DNA of 63,739 bases, filler included, from Perkinsus chesapeaki ATCC PRA-425 (taxonomy: Eukaryota > Protista > Perkinsozoa), in NCBI GenBank assembly GCA_013115145.1. It is 10 parts of 10 records of this genome, joined end to end, with 100 filler letters (N's around TTAATTAATTAA, not from the genome) between each part and the next. Parts side by side here need not be neighbours in the genome. Positions count along the whole stretch, not along the records: positions 42,860 to 51,015 come from JAAPAO010000987.1; positions 51,116 to 61,032 come from JAAPAO010000921.1; 8 more parts are not named here. One strand, given 5' to 3'. A program made the translations under genes and the position numbers. Below the pieces are notes generated by a model. The model was given only the letters and a program-made list of their open reading frames with translations, ran no database searches and was not told where the DNA came from. Positions within the stretch are counted from its first letter, which is position 1. Each line of letters opens with the position of its first letter. Positions 48,948 through 60,920 of this stretch are shown piece by piece.

Positions 48948-49560
48948 TCACGGTGACACCTCGGCACCATTCGCCACTGCGAAGTTCAGTGCACGTAGGA
49001 TATCAAAGAGCGAGGCCCCGAGATCGACATCAAAGGCTTTCAGGACCATCACTTTAACGCCGACGGCTCCAGCAACACTTGCAATTCCGATGCCGTTGTT
49101 AGTCTCAGCGGCGGTTACTCCCGCGCGCATTGTGCCGTGACCAATGGCATCAGTTAGATCGTTGCTATTGTAGTTGTAAGCAGAATAAGCATCCCTCGGA
49201 TTCCTCCACAAATGATTCACAAGATCGGGAAGAGTAATATCAATACCAGCATCTATAACGGCTACCACAACTCCTCTGAGGGGCCTGGTCTCCCTCACTC
49301 GTCTGATATCTTCCCACGCATGGGCCATACCTATCAGTTCTAGATAAGGCTGACATGAGGATAGTGGGTCATTAGTGCCAAGCATAAGGCTTACAGTACT
49401 TTAAGTGATCTCCAGACCCGGCGAGATGGAATACCTCATCATCAGCCTCGACAAAGCTGATGATGTCCAGGGCACCTTCCGCCTTTTTCATATAACTGGT
49501 TGCGAGTGTCCCGCTACTAGTGTAGAATGTAGAAGGAAAGATTGAAGATCGAGAATCGAG
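48948..49560 (-). pseudogene. Subtilisin (S8) protease fragment, truncated before the catalytic Ser
   Basis: VVVAVIDAGID (Asp), DAIGHGT (His), TNNGIGIASVAG and ALNFAVANGA, then a stop. No GTSMA motif downstream. Prodomain-like exon at ~49430-49530. Confidence 0.75.
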
Positions 49561-51115
49561 GTAAGTGGACGACAGTTACCTCCCACACCAATGTGTGGAG
49601 ACTAATGATGGGTTACTACCCTCTTACACGCATAAACAGAGGGCGTGCGTGCTGAACTATGACGGCATAATTGTCTACTTTCTATTCATGCGGGCAATGA
49701 CTCCTCAGACCATCGTGTCCTGGTCCAGGACAGTCTCCAGGACTCCTGGAGACTATATCTGGACAACAAGTGTCACATATTTTAGCTGAGAGCCGGTAGT
49801 TTGCCTCACTTGTCCTCTATTTCCCCCCAATGAAGGATGTGAGTTGACCACAGACGTGAACATCGAGCAGTGAGTATGACCTTGGAATAGCTGGATGTAT
49901 ACGCTGAAAAGAACACAGCTTCCGGGAGACTCCCGGAAGCGTGTACTTCTTGCGGTTTATCCCAGCTGCGTTGGGGTGTCAAGGCTGAGCGTATATTGTC
50001 AAACTTGAGCATATAGTGTCAATCTTGAATGCAACAGTTTTTGCCGTGTCAAACTTGCTTTTGATACAGTCAAAACTAGATGTAATACTTCAGTAGGTTG
50101 TCAAAGTTGAACACAACAGCGACAATCTTGAAGGCCGTGTCTGAGAAAGTGTCAAACTTGTGCGTTCATTTGTCAAACTTGGCTGGGAATAGGTGTAGTC
50201 GCACCGTGTGCAAACACACGTAGCAAGAATATATTTGTCATAGCGTTTGTTAGGGTAGGTTATGACATACTATGTGCACCAGTTGTGGATTAGCTCAGCT
50301 ATGTTTTCGGTAAAGTCAGACTAGAAAGCTGAGAATGGTTGTCCATCCATGGCGATAGTTTCACAATTTGCAATCACCTACGTACATATGTCAGCCAGAC
50401 AATTGCACGCACCCTCAATCAGCCTTGCATCGGAAGTCCTCACTTGCACTCAGCACAGGCTGTTCACCATTTCCTCTACTTGAGGAAATAGGCTTGAGGC
50501 CTATCCATGCAAGCTAACGTACTTAGTCAAAGTTATAGCCTCCAATCAGAGGCTTTGATTAAAAGCTATATTCCTATTCGAACCATCAACATGAGAGACT
50601 TTCATGGAAAGTGCACAACTACGTATTATTACTTTAATCAAGGCACACGAACTAAGCGAGGAACAACAATCGCAAGAGTGTTGTTGTGTGAGTTGCAGTG
50701 CAACTGTTGCACAACAATGGAACCTTAGCTCAGCTTGACGCTAGTACTGATGATAGTGTACTAATTTAGTGATTAGATTCTTAGATTCTTGCCTCACTTT
50801 GGTTCCTTGAATTCCCTGATGGGCCATCAGTGATGGCTAACGAAGGACTCCTTTGCTTGAAATAAGCTCTTTCTACCGTAAGTAGGGCATATCATACTGC
50901 TGCCCCGGGAAGATAAATTGGCTACCATTGGTAGCCTACCACTGTTAAGATTTACAACGAAAGTAGACAAGTATACGAGGGTAAAAAACTAAGATGATGA
51001 GAAGGAAGGAACCCGNNNNNNNNNNNNNNNNNNNNNNNNNNNNNNNNNNNNNNNNNNNNTTAATTAATTAANNNNNNNNNNNNNNNNNNNNNNNNNNNNN
51101 NNNNNNNNNNNNNNN

Positions 51116-51509
51116 CTCTTTAAGCCTAGCTACGGTATAGTCACTCTTCAACCCTAGTTACGGTATAGTTACTCTTTAAGCCTAGTTACGGTATAGTTAC
51201 TCTTTAAGCCTAGTTACGGTATAGTCACTCTTCAACCCTAGTTACGGTATAGTTACTCTTTAAGCCTAGTTACGGTATAGTTACTCTTTAAGCCTAGTTA
51301 CCGTATAGTTACTCTTTAAGCCTAGTTACCGCATAGTTACTCTTTAAGCCTAGCTACCGCATAGTTACTATTTAAGCCTAGTTACGGTATAGTCACTCTG
51401 TAAGCCTAGTTACCGCATAGTTACTCTTTAAGCCTAGTTACCGTATAGTTACTCTTTAAGCCTAGTTACGGTATAGTTAATATTTAAGCCTAGTTAACGC
51501 ATAGTTACT
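51116..51509. repeat. 28-bp minisatellite, ~14 copies, starts at the contig edge
   Basis: Consensus ctctttaagcctagttacggtatagtta with variant units (ctcttcaaccctag; ttaccgcatag). Confidence 0.96.
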
Positions 51510-51600
51510 CCGCTTCCTCCTGGTGTAAACCTGTTTATCTGTGTTCCAGTCAGCACAGAGTTGGACTCACATTGCTCGTTACTATGCAACTTGATTTCAG

Positions 51601-54600
51601 AGAGCCCTCCAATTTAAACAGCAAATGAAGGACGACGAGGAGATTGAGAAAAATATGGCGAGGCGAGTGAAGGTGAGATCCTCCTGTGGCGGATTTGCCG
51701 AGGGTTGGTCTCTAGGAAAAGCGAAAACGCAGGGCGTCGGATAATTCAAACGGATCCTCTCCGAACGCCTCCGCCGCCAACACGGTAAAGAAGAAGAGAC
51801 GAACGTCCAAAAAGAAGGACACAGAGAACGAAGGAGAGGAAGGCTCGCCGCAGAAAGCCGCTCGGAAGAAACGTGGGAACTGATGTTGGCGAGGGGGCGT
51901 GATTTATTTCGAGCACAGGCGAGAATCCGAAATTCGCCGGCGAGCGAAATGCTATGGCGGCATTCTTGGCGAAAGGGAAGGCAAGCTTGAACGGTCAGCA
52001 GCATCAAAGCGGCAGTGGGAACAGTTCGCCGGCGGTTAAAAAGGCGGAAGTCGATCCTAGCGCATTTTTTGGAGGTGGACCAAGGGAGCTTGTGGAGAAG
52101 TCCACTGTGTTTTCTCAGCAACGGCGTCGGAGAATATGCCCAACAGCTCGAATGGTGCCGCCGTGGCACCCCCGAAAAAGGCTAAGTTTTCGTAGGTCTT
52201 CGTGGGAGAGGTTTGACCAGCGCGTGTTCAAGGCGTGTTACTTATTGAGGGAGACCACAACTGCTTACGAAACCGTAATCAGATAAGGCTCAGTAGACAG
52301 ACGGCACGAATTAAGTCACCGAACGTCTCTTGACCGATAGTAGAGGACACGAGGCCTGCTGCTTGATCCTACTAGTAGTTATTGATAGTAACTTCGCCGG
52401 CAGATACGACTCCTCCGCTGGAGTGGACTTCAGCACTGGGGTGGTGCAGGCGCCGCCCCCACCGCCTGTGAAACGGACGAAGTCTGAGCAGTCGCCGGCA
52501 GATGTAAGAGCATCGATGATGGCTTTTTTGATTTGCTTGTGGGTAGCCTGAAAATAAGAAGGCGAAGTACATCTCGGCAGATAGCTCCAATGACATCGAC
52601 AGCATAGCGGCCTTCTTCGGTGCTGGAACAGCAGCAGCGGCTGCGGCACCGAAAGAGAGGAAAGGTGGGGTGGGAGAATGCTGGAGGTGCGACCTTAAGT
52701 GCCGAATCGAAACCATACCGGCCATTCTGGACTGAATTGTGCTGCAATGGATTAGGCCGTCGACTTCACTCTTCTGGTTTCGCATAGGGCTTTTGATTCA
52801 CTAACCTGGTTTTCAAAGTGGTGGGAGCTACTCGTTTCCACAAGGTGGTCACGTTTTTTGAACAACTACTGTGATCCCTGAAAGATCTCTATGGTCTCCC
52901 TTTGCCTCAACAATACTAACTGACAGTTAGTAACTTCACTAGTATTTATGATAGCACTATATCTTTCCGTCACGTGCCGGTGCTATAGCCCAAGTCCAAC
53001 TAGCTTTCGCGCAGCGGCCCCGCTCGAATGCCTGTCTACTCAGGTGTTCCTGCGGCAGCTGCACGTGAGATCCCGGCCAAGCCGAGTGAGCCTATTGCAC
53101 TGGGAAGCAGCTCCGATGAGAGCTCAGCGCCTCTTAAGAAGGAGATGACTAAGCGTAAGAGTGAGCTTGAGTTACTCCAGGCCACACAAGTGCGTGTCTG
53201 TTAGGGTCACCGAAAAGCTCTGGAGCGGCGACGCCTCGATCGGCAAGCAAGGTGCGGAAGCAACCTGCTAGCCCTCAACCTAAGAAGGCACAACAGGGCA
53301 AGAAAGGTAGGCTGGTAAGAAACTCTTGTAGGTAATGTCTGTAGACGCGGTTGCTAACCTACAGGCATCGACTCGATGTCATCGAGCACATTAGCGTTGC
53401 CTTGACAATCGCCAGTTGGCGCTTTATCGAAGCGACACAACTGCGTTGGGGGACCCTTCACAGATGAGGGGGTCCGTTGAGTTACCATTCTACGGATTGA
53501 TGGGAAATGCTTACACGCTGTTCAACTACAACCGGCTTATCCAGCGTCTCCTCTAGAGGTCTTAGAGCTCATTGAATCACCCTATTGTGATCAGTTGCTT
53601 CACCGAAGCCGAGGAAGTCAACCAAGTCTCCGCCGCCATCCGTTACTGATGACAAGCCTTTCAACGGCATGACTCTGGTGTTCACTGGCAATCTCGAGCA
53701 CATCGAGGTGAGAGCCTGCGGTGGCCTGCTCGTTTATCGAAGCTCTCATCGAAAACGACTCCTGCTGTTCTCCGACGATAGGAACTTCTCTTACTTAGCG
53801 CGACGTTGCTGTGACGAAGGCGAAGCTTGCCGGAGCGAAAGTCACTTCTGCCGTATCTGGTCGTAAGTCGGCTTCAAAACGTCAGAGCTCCGTAGTGCGT
53901 GTTTGTCGTATAGGCACTACCTATCTTGTGGTTGGCTCCGTGCTGGAGGATGGTCGGCCTGTTGAGGAGGGATCCAAGTAAGCCCCGTCTGTGTTCCACT
54001 CTACGCGTTTACTAATGATTGTGCACTGGCGCTGGAACATGGCACCATATCGGTTTAGTACAGTACAGTGGTAGTTGTTTGAGTGGCAAAGTACGATATA
54101 GTACGTACTACTGGCAGAAAGATATTGGAAATTATTATATATATGAATTATTAATTTAAAAATATATTAATTTATTATATTGTTATTATATACTGAATAT
54201 TACTTATTATACTTTTTATATTATTCCCCTGCCGGCGCGCCTTTCTGCACCACTGCCTTCACGTTGAAATAGTCGCATGCCTCTTTCTGACCATTTGAGG
54301 TTAATACAGCTTTGGCTCGGCTCCTCGTGCTCAACTGCAAGGATTCATCACCATTACTGGTCATAACATTTATCAGGTTTAGGAAGACGCAAGAGTTGAA
54401 GGAGGCAGGGAAACCAGGGCCGAGCCTCTTGCAAGAGAGCGACTTTATTGATAAGCTCAAAAAGGCTGGCCTTATGAAGGCCGGTGGTGCCACTATAGTG
54501 AGTGAAAGAGGGAAGGCTGTGAAATGCTCAGCATTTAGTGCTGCTCTGGGTTTTTGCTATGTCCTGAAAAAAAGGAATCGGTCAGCCATTGGTCTTTCGT

Positions 54601-57600
54601 CTGTGAAGTACAAATATATAAACGGCTCGCTAGCTTTGATAAATCACGGATCGTACGAAGGCGTTCCGCCGGGGGAATCGAACTCTGGGGAACTTCCCTG
54701 CATGCAGCATCCGCTTGTGGTCGAGTGGTGATGGCACACACTTTGGTCGTCAGGAGCAGACCAAAGTTACCGTCGACGCCGTGAAACCTAAATCCGCAGA
54801 TAAGGATGCTAACGGAAAGAGCACCAAAGGCATGCTGTGGACGGATAAGTGAGCGGCCCAAATTACGGTTTCTCACGGTATCACACGCCGCAGGTACAAG
54901 CCGAGAACACTGAATGACGTTGTTGGAAATAACGCACCGATCACGAAGCTCAGAACTTGGCTGCAGGATTGGGAGAAGGTGAGCCCTCTGGCAGACTCTG
55001 TCGTGGCATGCAGCCTGACTCTACATTAACTGTGACTCTGCTTTTGCAGGTTCACGTAGAAGGACAAAAGAAGCCTGTAGCCTTCCGAGGCCGCGGGGTA
55101 AGTGGGAATTACTCAAGTCTTCCATATTGCAGTTCGTTTTCATTTGATCCAACTTTTTCCGGTTGATGCGTAGAGCTTTCTGGACCGTATCAGCACTTAC
55201 TTCTATTCGATATGGCGAGTGTTCCCCACAGGCCTGGATGCATGCTGCTATTTCCGACACGCTTTGCTCCTCGTCCGTCTGTACACTGTCCTTCGCCAGA
55301 TACCTGAGAATGTAAACGCTAAAGCTGTCCTGGTATCGGGTCCACCAGGCATTGGAAAAACAACTGCCTGCAAGCTTGTGGCTCAAGAGCTCGGATATGT
55401 ACAGTCACTATGGTTAATCCCAACTTGTCTAGAGTTCTTGGGGCTTCCTCAGGTGCCAATGGAATTTAACGCATCCGACCAAAGGAACAAAGCGACTGTG
55501 GACAACCTGGCCTCAGGGCTTGCTACCAACGCTGTGATCGGGAAGAACTATTCCATCAAACAGTAAGCGGAAATCGCTTGGTATTTTTCGCTGAACGAAG
55601 CCGATAGGAAATCCTGCCTTATTATGGATGAAGTAGATGGCATGTCTGGCGGTGACAGAGGCGGTGGTGCGGCTCTTATCCAGCTGATAAAGAAAACCAA
55701 GGTAAGGCACCCGTGCATACCGGTCTCATGGCTTCTTGGCAAGCCTCACCAACAAAGGACTGCGGGGCGCTGAGATGTAGATGAGATATTGGCGAGTGTT
55801 TGTTGCTCAGATGCCTGTGATGTGCATTTGTAATGACAGGATGAGCACGAAGGTACGGGTGTGATTTGGGACACTTCACGACTGTTGTTGTCGGTGTAGG
55901 TCCGCTCCCTGGCGAACTCCTGCTACGATATTCGATTCCAAAAGCCAACTGGTGCTCAGTGCTCTCAAAGGGTAGCTACGATAGCGAAGGCAGAGGGAGT
56001 TCACGTAAGCCTCGGCAGAGCCGTGGCTCCGTGTTTCGATGGGGCCTGAGCAGGTTGATACTGATGCTGTCGCAATGCTCGCCGAGCAGCTTGGAGGAGA
56101 TATGCGACAGGTGAGTATAAACGTGCTTTATACACAGTTGAAGGCTGCCATACGTTTGAGCGGGAAGTCGAGACCGAAATCTGAAAGTGGCCTTTAATTG
56201 GCACTAAGGATGCTTTTTGTATCTTGTCAGATTATCAACAACCTTGAGATGCTCAGCATGGCTGCCGAGTCAGGCAAGGCAGCATCGGTTTCGGTGAACA
56301 CTAGAGGCGGTGGAAAGGACGTACAAAACATGCTTAGTGAGGCTCGGCATTGCCAAACGGGTTCGTGATTGTTCTCCTTTTTTCAGGCCCTTTCGAAGTC
56401 TGCAAAACTTTACTTAGCTCTACCTTGGCTGGACGATTGTCATTTAAAGAGCGATGTGACATGTACCGTTGATTTCCTTCCCTGATTCCTCCGCACTTGT
56501 ACTTGTAGGTATTATGTTGACTATGATCTAATCCCCTTATTAATGCAGCAAAACTACATCAAGTGCGTTGAGAACGTGAGGCTTCAGCAACTTTCGGTGC
56601 GTATAGTTGCGTGACTGCCAGGTGGTGGGACCAGCTAGCAAGCGAGCGCTCGCTGGAGTGGCCAAGGCTTCTGATCTGATGAGCGAAGGTGACATGGTCT
56701 CTACTGCAGTTCGAAGTGGTCAGGAGTGGACTCTTCTTCCTTCTCACTGTGTAAGCCTCCTAATAGAGTATTTCGTATTGATTGTCGAAGGTCTTGTCGA
56801 CTGTTGGCCCTTCGTTCTACTGCAACAACTTCATTGGCTTTCCTGAGTTCCCTCAATGGCTGGGAGCCAACTCATCTACCAATAAAAGTGCTCGTCTGGT
56901 AAGGTCACCGAGTCGTGGTCACGCTTCCCAGTTTCCCTGTCTAGGTACGAGAGCTGCGCGGCGTGCTGTCTCAAACGACCAAAATGTCTGCACGAGACCT
57001 CCGGACTTCGGTACGGTGCAGCCTGTCCTATGAAACAGTAGTGGTGTAACCTAATTCAGGGATACTTGGACCTGTTGTACGATAGCGTGTTGCAACCGCT
57101 GAAGGATGGAAAAGAAGACACTCATGCCTCGGTAGTCTAATTTGCTCTTGAGAGTTTTTGACAGGCGTTACAGGTCGCTAGCTGCATCGCACTGCTTGAC
57201 CAATTGGGCGTATCCAAGGACGGATTGCTCGAGAGCCTCACTGATCTGCGGCTACCTACTCAACCAGACGAGTAAGAGCTAGAGTCATTTGGTAGGCTTC
57301 CATGCCTGGCACGGTTTGCTAGCGTCAGGCTAGTGCCATAATATAACAGCTCGTGTTGGAGTCCTATTTTTCTTAATTCTCGATAGGACAAGTGATGGAC
57401 TATTGACAGATACAAGTCGATCGATGCTAAGACTAAGAGTGCACTAACTCGAAGGTCAGTTGTAACTCCGGTATATTCGACATTTACTCTCTTAGTTACA
57501 ACAAAGGCTCCCATAAATCCAAGGTGCTTTTGCCAGGCAGCGCACCGAATATGTTCAAAGTGAAAGGCGCGAGTGCAGCGAAAGTGAGTCCGTAATTATT

Positions 57601-57823
57601 GTCTGTACTTCCGAGTGGCCTCAGGGATATTTTTATCTTTCGTAGACGCCTTTTTGCGTTTATTTTATCACTTATTGCATAGAAGATGCCACTCTTGCCA
57701 TATCAGGGATCAAAGGGTCGCAAATCAGCTGCCTTGGCGAAGGAGTCCCAAGAAGATGAACAGGCTCCGATTGACGAGGAGGCGAAGGAGGCTGAGGATC
57801 CTCGAATGGCTGGAATTGTCTAA
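51601..57823 (+). CDS. RFC1: Replication factor C large subunit, many short introns, 5' partial
   Basis: Low-complexity N-terminal exons; BRCT (GMTLVFTGNL..AKVTSAVSG/TTYLVVG); Walker A SGPPGIGKTT; EFNASDQR; Walker B IMDEVDGMSGGDRGG; CICND; RFC1 C-terminal motifs (DYDLIPLLMQQNY, FPEFPQWLG.NS, KSALTR). Confidence 0.92.
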
Positions 57824-57885
57824 TTGGCCAGTCCGTTTCTTGCACGAATACGCTGCATTTTTGCGTTAACCTCGAACCCGAAAAT

Positions 57886-60800
57886 ATGTCTCAGATTTTT
57901 CCAGATAAGATGGTTGCCGCCACTGTGAGCTGTCCACCAGTGGATCCGACTCTCAGTAATTGGACCTACTTCTACCCCTTCGCCAATACTCCTCTAAGAG
58001 ACCTCTGCGCATCTTCGCGCGGTGCTGGAGAGTCCCTACCTACCCGGGCGCTGCTACTCGGTTGTAGTGACTTGCCTTCGGTGGCCCATACTCTGCATCT
58101 CAACGAGATCTCTAAGACCTGTGGTTCCGATCCAGAGCGGAAGCTTACCCCCATACATGCACTTTGCTGTGATATCGAGCCCCGCCGTAATCGCTCGGTC
58201 ATGAGCTGCTGAACGATGCCGAGCTGTCAACCAGGACTATGGCTGTGGCCTGAGAAGTGGTATATTTTGTTTCTATTACCCCTAAATGTTCAAGTATACT
58301 ATCCAAAGTGATAGAAAAAGTTATGAAGCGTTTCAATTCTGACCGGGATACCGACAGCGCTCTGAAGCTCGTAGGTGATCGCCAAGCGGTGATTGATATC
58401 CTTATGTGATGGAAAACGCTACTGACAGGCGAGTGTGAAGGTACCGTTATCTCCAATAAGGTCCGCGATGTACGCCTCTTGTGGTTTAAGAAGACCGGTG
58501 CCCCTTTGCCCGGGTCTTTTGATAATGGTCGGGTAACCTTGTGGCCTGACATGGTTGCTGCCACGATGTTTAATGGTGACAATACCTTTGAGAAGTACGT
58601 CAATTCTTACCGAGAATTGGGATATGCTGGAGTTGCCTCTGTAACTGTTGAAGATGAAGTCTCGGAGTACTCCCCTTCCGGCAGCAGCAATTCTCGTACC
58701 GTCATCAACCCAACGCTGATCTCTGTCGCTTCGAACGAGCAATAGAATCGGTACATGAATCCCTATATGTGTATCCCTGGCAATCTGCGGAAGTTTTACC
58801 AGGAGACTACCTTCAAAAAGGCGCAGTATATGAAAGCGCCTAAACGAAAAGGTGTAACTCCTTTACAATGGGCGTTTGAGCTCTTTAGTTTGCGATCAGC
58901 TGCTTTCGCAACGGCGTTGACGGGTGCCGTTGATCATCGTATCGTGCTTCACTGTGGAGATGCATTTGCGCTCTGTGATGCGCTCCTTCCGCACCCGAAG
59001 GCTTGGCTGTCGACTGACGTCCCGAAAGTGGAAATGCTGGTTCAAGATCTCCGGAAAGTGGAGGTGCCGCGCGAGTTTGACATCATCGACACTTCTAGCA
59101 TTGCTGACTATTCGATGACACTGCCTCTGTTAATCGACGCGGGCCCTCACCTCGCCAAAGAGACTAGTAATTCCCGAGCAGTTATGGCTACCGACTTGAT
59201 GAGCCCGAAAGGAGAAGATTACAGTGACTTGTTTCGCCAGCAGTTGTGTGAAGCTCCACTGTGGCTGATTCCTTTCGTCTGTGGCCTCCAGGTCGACTTT
59301 ATGCATGCTGAGGAGTCTCGAGATACCCTCGCGAATCGGGATCCCAGCAGGCTGTGGACGTCATATCCGCAGTCATCTGTCAGCATCACTGCCGCAGCGC
59401 TTTGCCCGGGAATTTTTGGTGCTACGCAAGTTCGATGGAGGCGGTGTCATGCAGCGTTCGATACGATAAACTTGAATCAGTTCCCAGATTTGAAGGCCGT
59501 CATTAAAAATGTTATTATCAGTTCAACGGGCTCCTCCCGAAGCTCGCCATGTGGTGTCACGACCTGCCTGCGTTTTTTGGATATGTTAGCCACATCAGGA
59601 TCACCTGCTTACGTACTGTAGAAGAGCTGTATGCCTTAATTGATGATGTCCTTCGTGCCGGTAACGCTGGACCATGGGAGTCGGCGTTCCAGATGTTGCG
59701 TCAGCTCCAGCACTTGTGCCTGATGCCTGAAGCCTCGTTCAGCGAATTGCTTTTGGAACCTGAGCGTGGCTGGTTATGCATGCGTGGTGATGATTTGAAG
59801 AATTCTATGCTGCCGGACGTCAGGCTTCCTCAGGCTGTCTTGCATTTGAGAAATGGCAGCAGTGTGGTCTTCTCTGTTGATAGGGCCGATCCAGTTGGTT
59901 TCAGGGTCATGGTCCCGATTGACTTGGACATCGATCGGGCAATCATTAAACTCGCTGCCATGCAGTCTATGCGCAACAGTACTGGTGACACTATTGAGGT
60001 TCCTGCTACCATTAAGAAAGTTTGTGCTGGCATTCGTATAGCGGTTGAGCGGACGATTCCTCGGAATCGTGCTAATGAAGCTGATAGTGGCAGTTCCTTA
60101 TCTCTTCGACAGTCGAGTCGAAATGGTGCAGTGAACTTGGGGTTGAAACTCAATGACGAAAAACGACAAGCCGCTCCAGGGCTTCGCGAGAAAGTTGAAG
60201 CGAACCTGCTTCCTGGCCATCCATGCACAGTTAAGATCTCGACCTACGGTGTCAGACTGGCTACTCACTCGCTGCCAACTCCAATCTCTCTCAACGACAT
60301 CAATATTAAGGTCGGCCGGACGAGCGCGACCTTCGAGGTGTCCCTTCCAGCAGCCCAATGCTCCCCTCTAGGCGCTACGACCCCGCTTCCTCGAGCTATA
60401 TCGGATGGGCGTGCTAGCGGTCTGCTGAGTGCCTTACCGTTGGCGTCCGACGACATATTGGGTTCATTGTCAGATCCCAATAGTGGATGGCTCAATAGGG
60501 ACCTGAAAGGCCGTACTGTTGCACGAGCGATTCGCATGAGCCGAGTCGGGAATGTTCAAATTGAGAGAATCTTTGGATGCACAGTACGGTCAGTCTCGTG
60601 TGTTGGGGGACAGAGTTTGTGGCGAGTATTGGGGTGGTCGAGGCCCGGTACTTCTACTTGCTAAAGATGGCTCACCTGATGTACTTGTTCTACTCGCTTC
60701 TGATGTCCGCTACGACTGGGCCTATGGACTTCTTATTACTGGTGCAGCTTGTATCTTGACGGAGGAAATCATGCGGAAAGTTGCTGCTGAGATTTTCGGT

Positions 60801-60920
60801 TCGCTGTCACCCAAGATCCGACCAGAGTCTATGGATCCACTCTCCGATGAGGCCTCCTTGTGGAGAGAGCATTATTTGCCTGCAGCGGTTGAACTAGCTC
60901 GGGTCACTCGACTCGAGTGA
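57886..60920 (+). pseudogene. Intronless DUF4470-like gene (MYND-associated family) disrupted by stops and frameshifts
   Basis: YFYPFANTP, LLLGCSD, CCDIEP-AVIAR, INPTL, FDIIDTSSIADY and LASDVRYD..W..LPAAVE match the family from memory. In-frame TGA at 58251 and 58407, TAG at 58743; frame changes near 58180-58200, 59600 and 60550. Confidence 0.65.

Noticed and set aside
51116-51509. 28-bp and 36-bp arrays as possible CRISPR arrays
   Set aside because: Units are head-to-tail with no unique spacers, there are no cas genes, and the context is eukaryotic.
51116-51509. Reverse complement of the 28-bp unit (TAACTATACCGTAACTAGG) resembles the I-CeuI site (TAACTATAACGGTCCTAAGG)
   Set aside because: Only the first 8 nt and a few scattered bases match, and there is no rRNA context; probably chance.
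52311-52785. Several minus-strand ORFs suggesting a nested gene
   Set aside because: The plus strand has splice-bounded low-complexity exons that fit RFC1, so the minus-strand ORFs are shadows.
58175-58200. Frameshift at a CCCC run resembling Perkinsus mitochondrial programmed frameshifting
   Set aside because: The sequence is nuclear in context and GC content, the other shifts share no motif, and in-frame stops are also present.
44043-58745. Stop-codon reassignment (TAA=Gln in GAS8, TGA/TAG=Trp in the DUF4470-like gene)
   Set aside because: Intact genes here use normal Gln and Trp codons, have no internal stops in the regions I could translate, and end on TAA, TAG or TGA. The affected loci also carry frameshifts or truncation.
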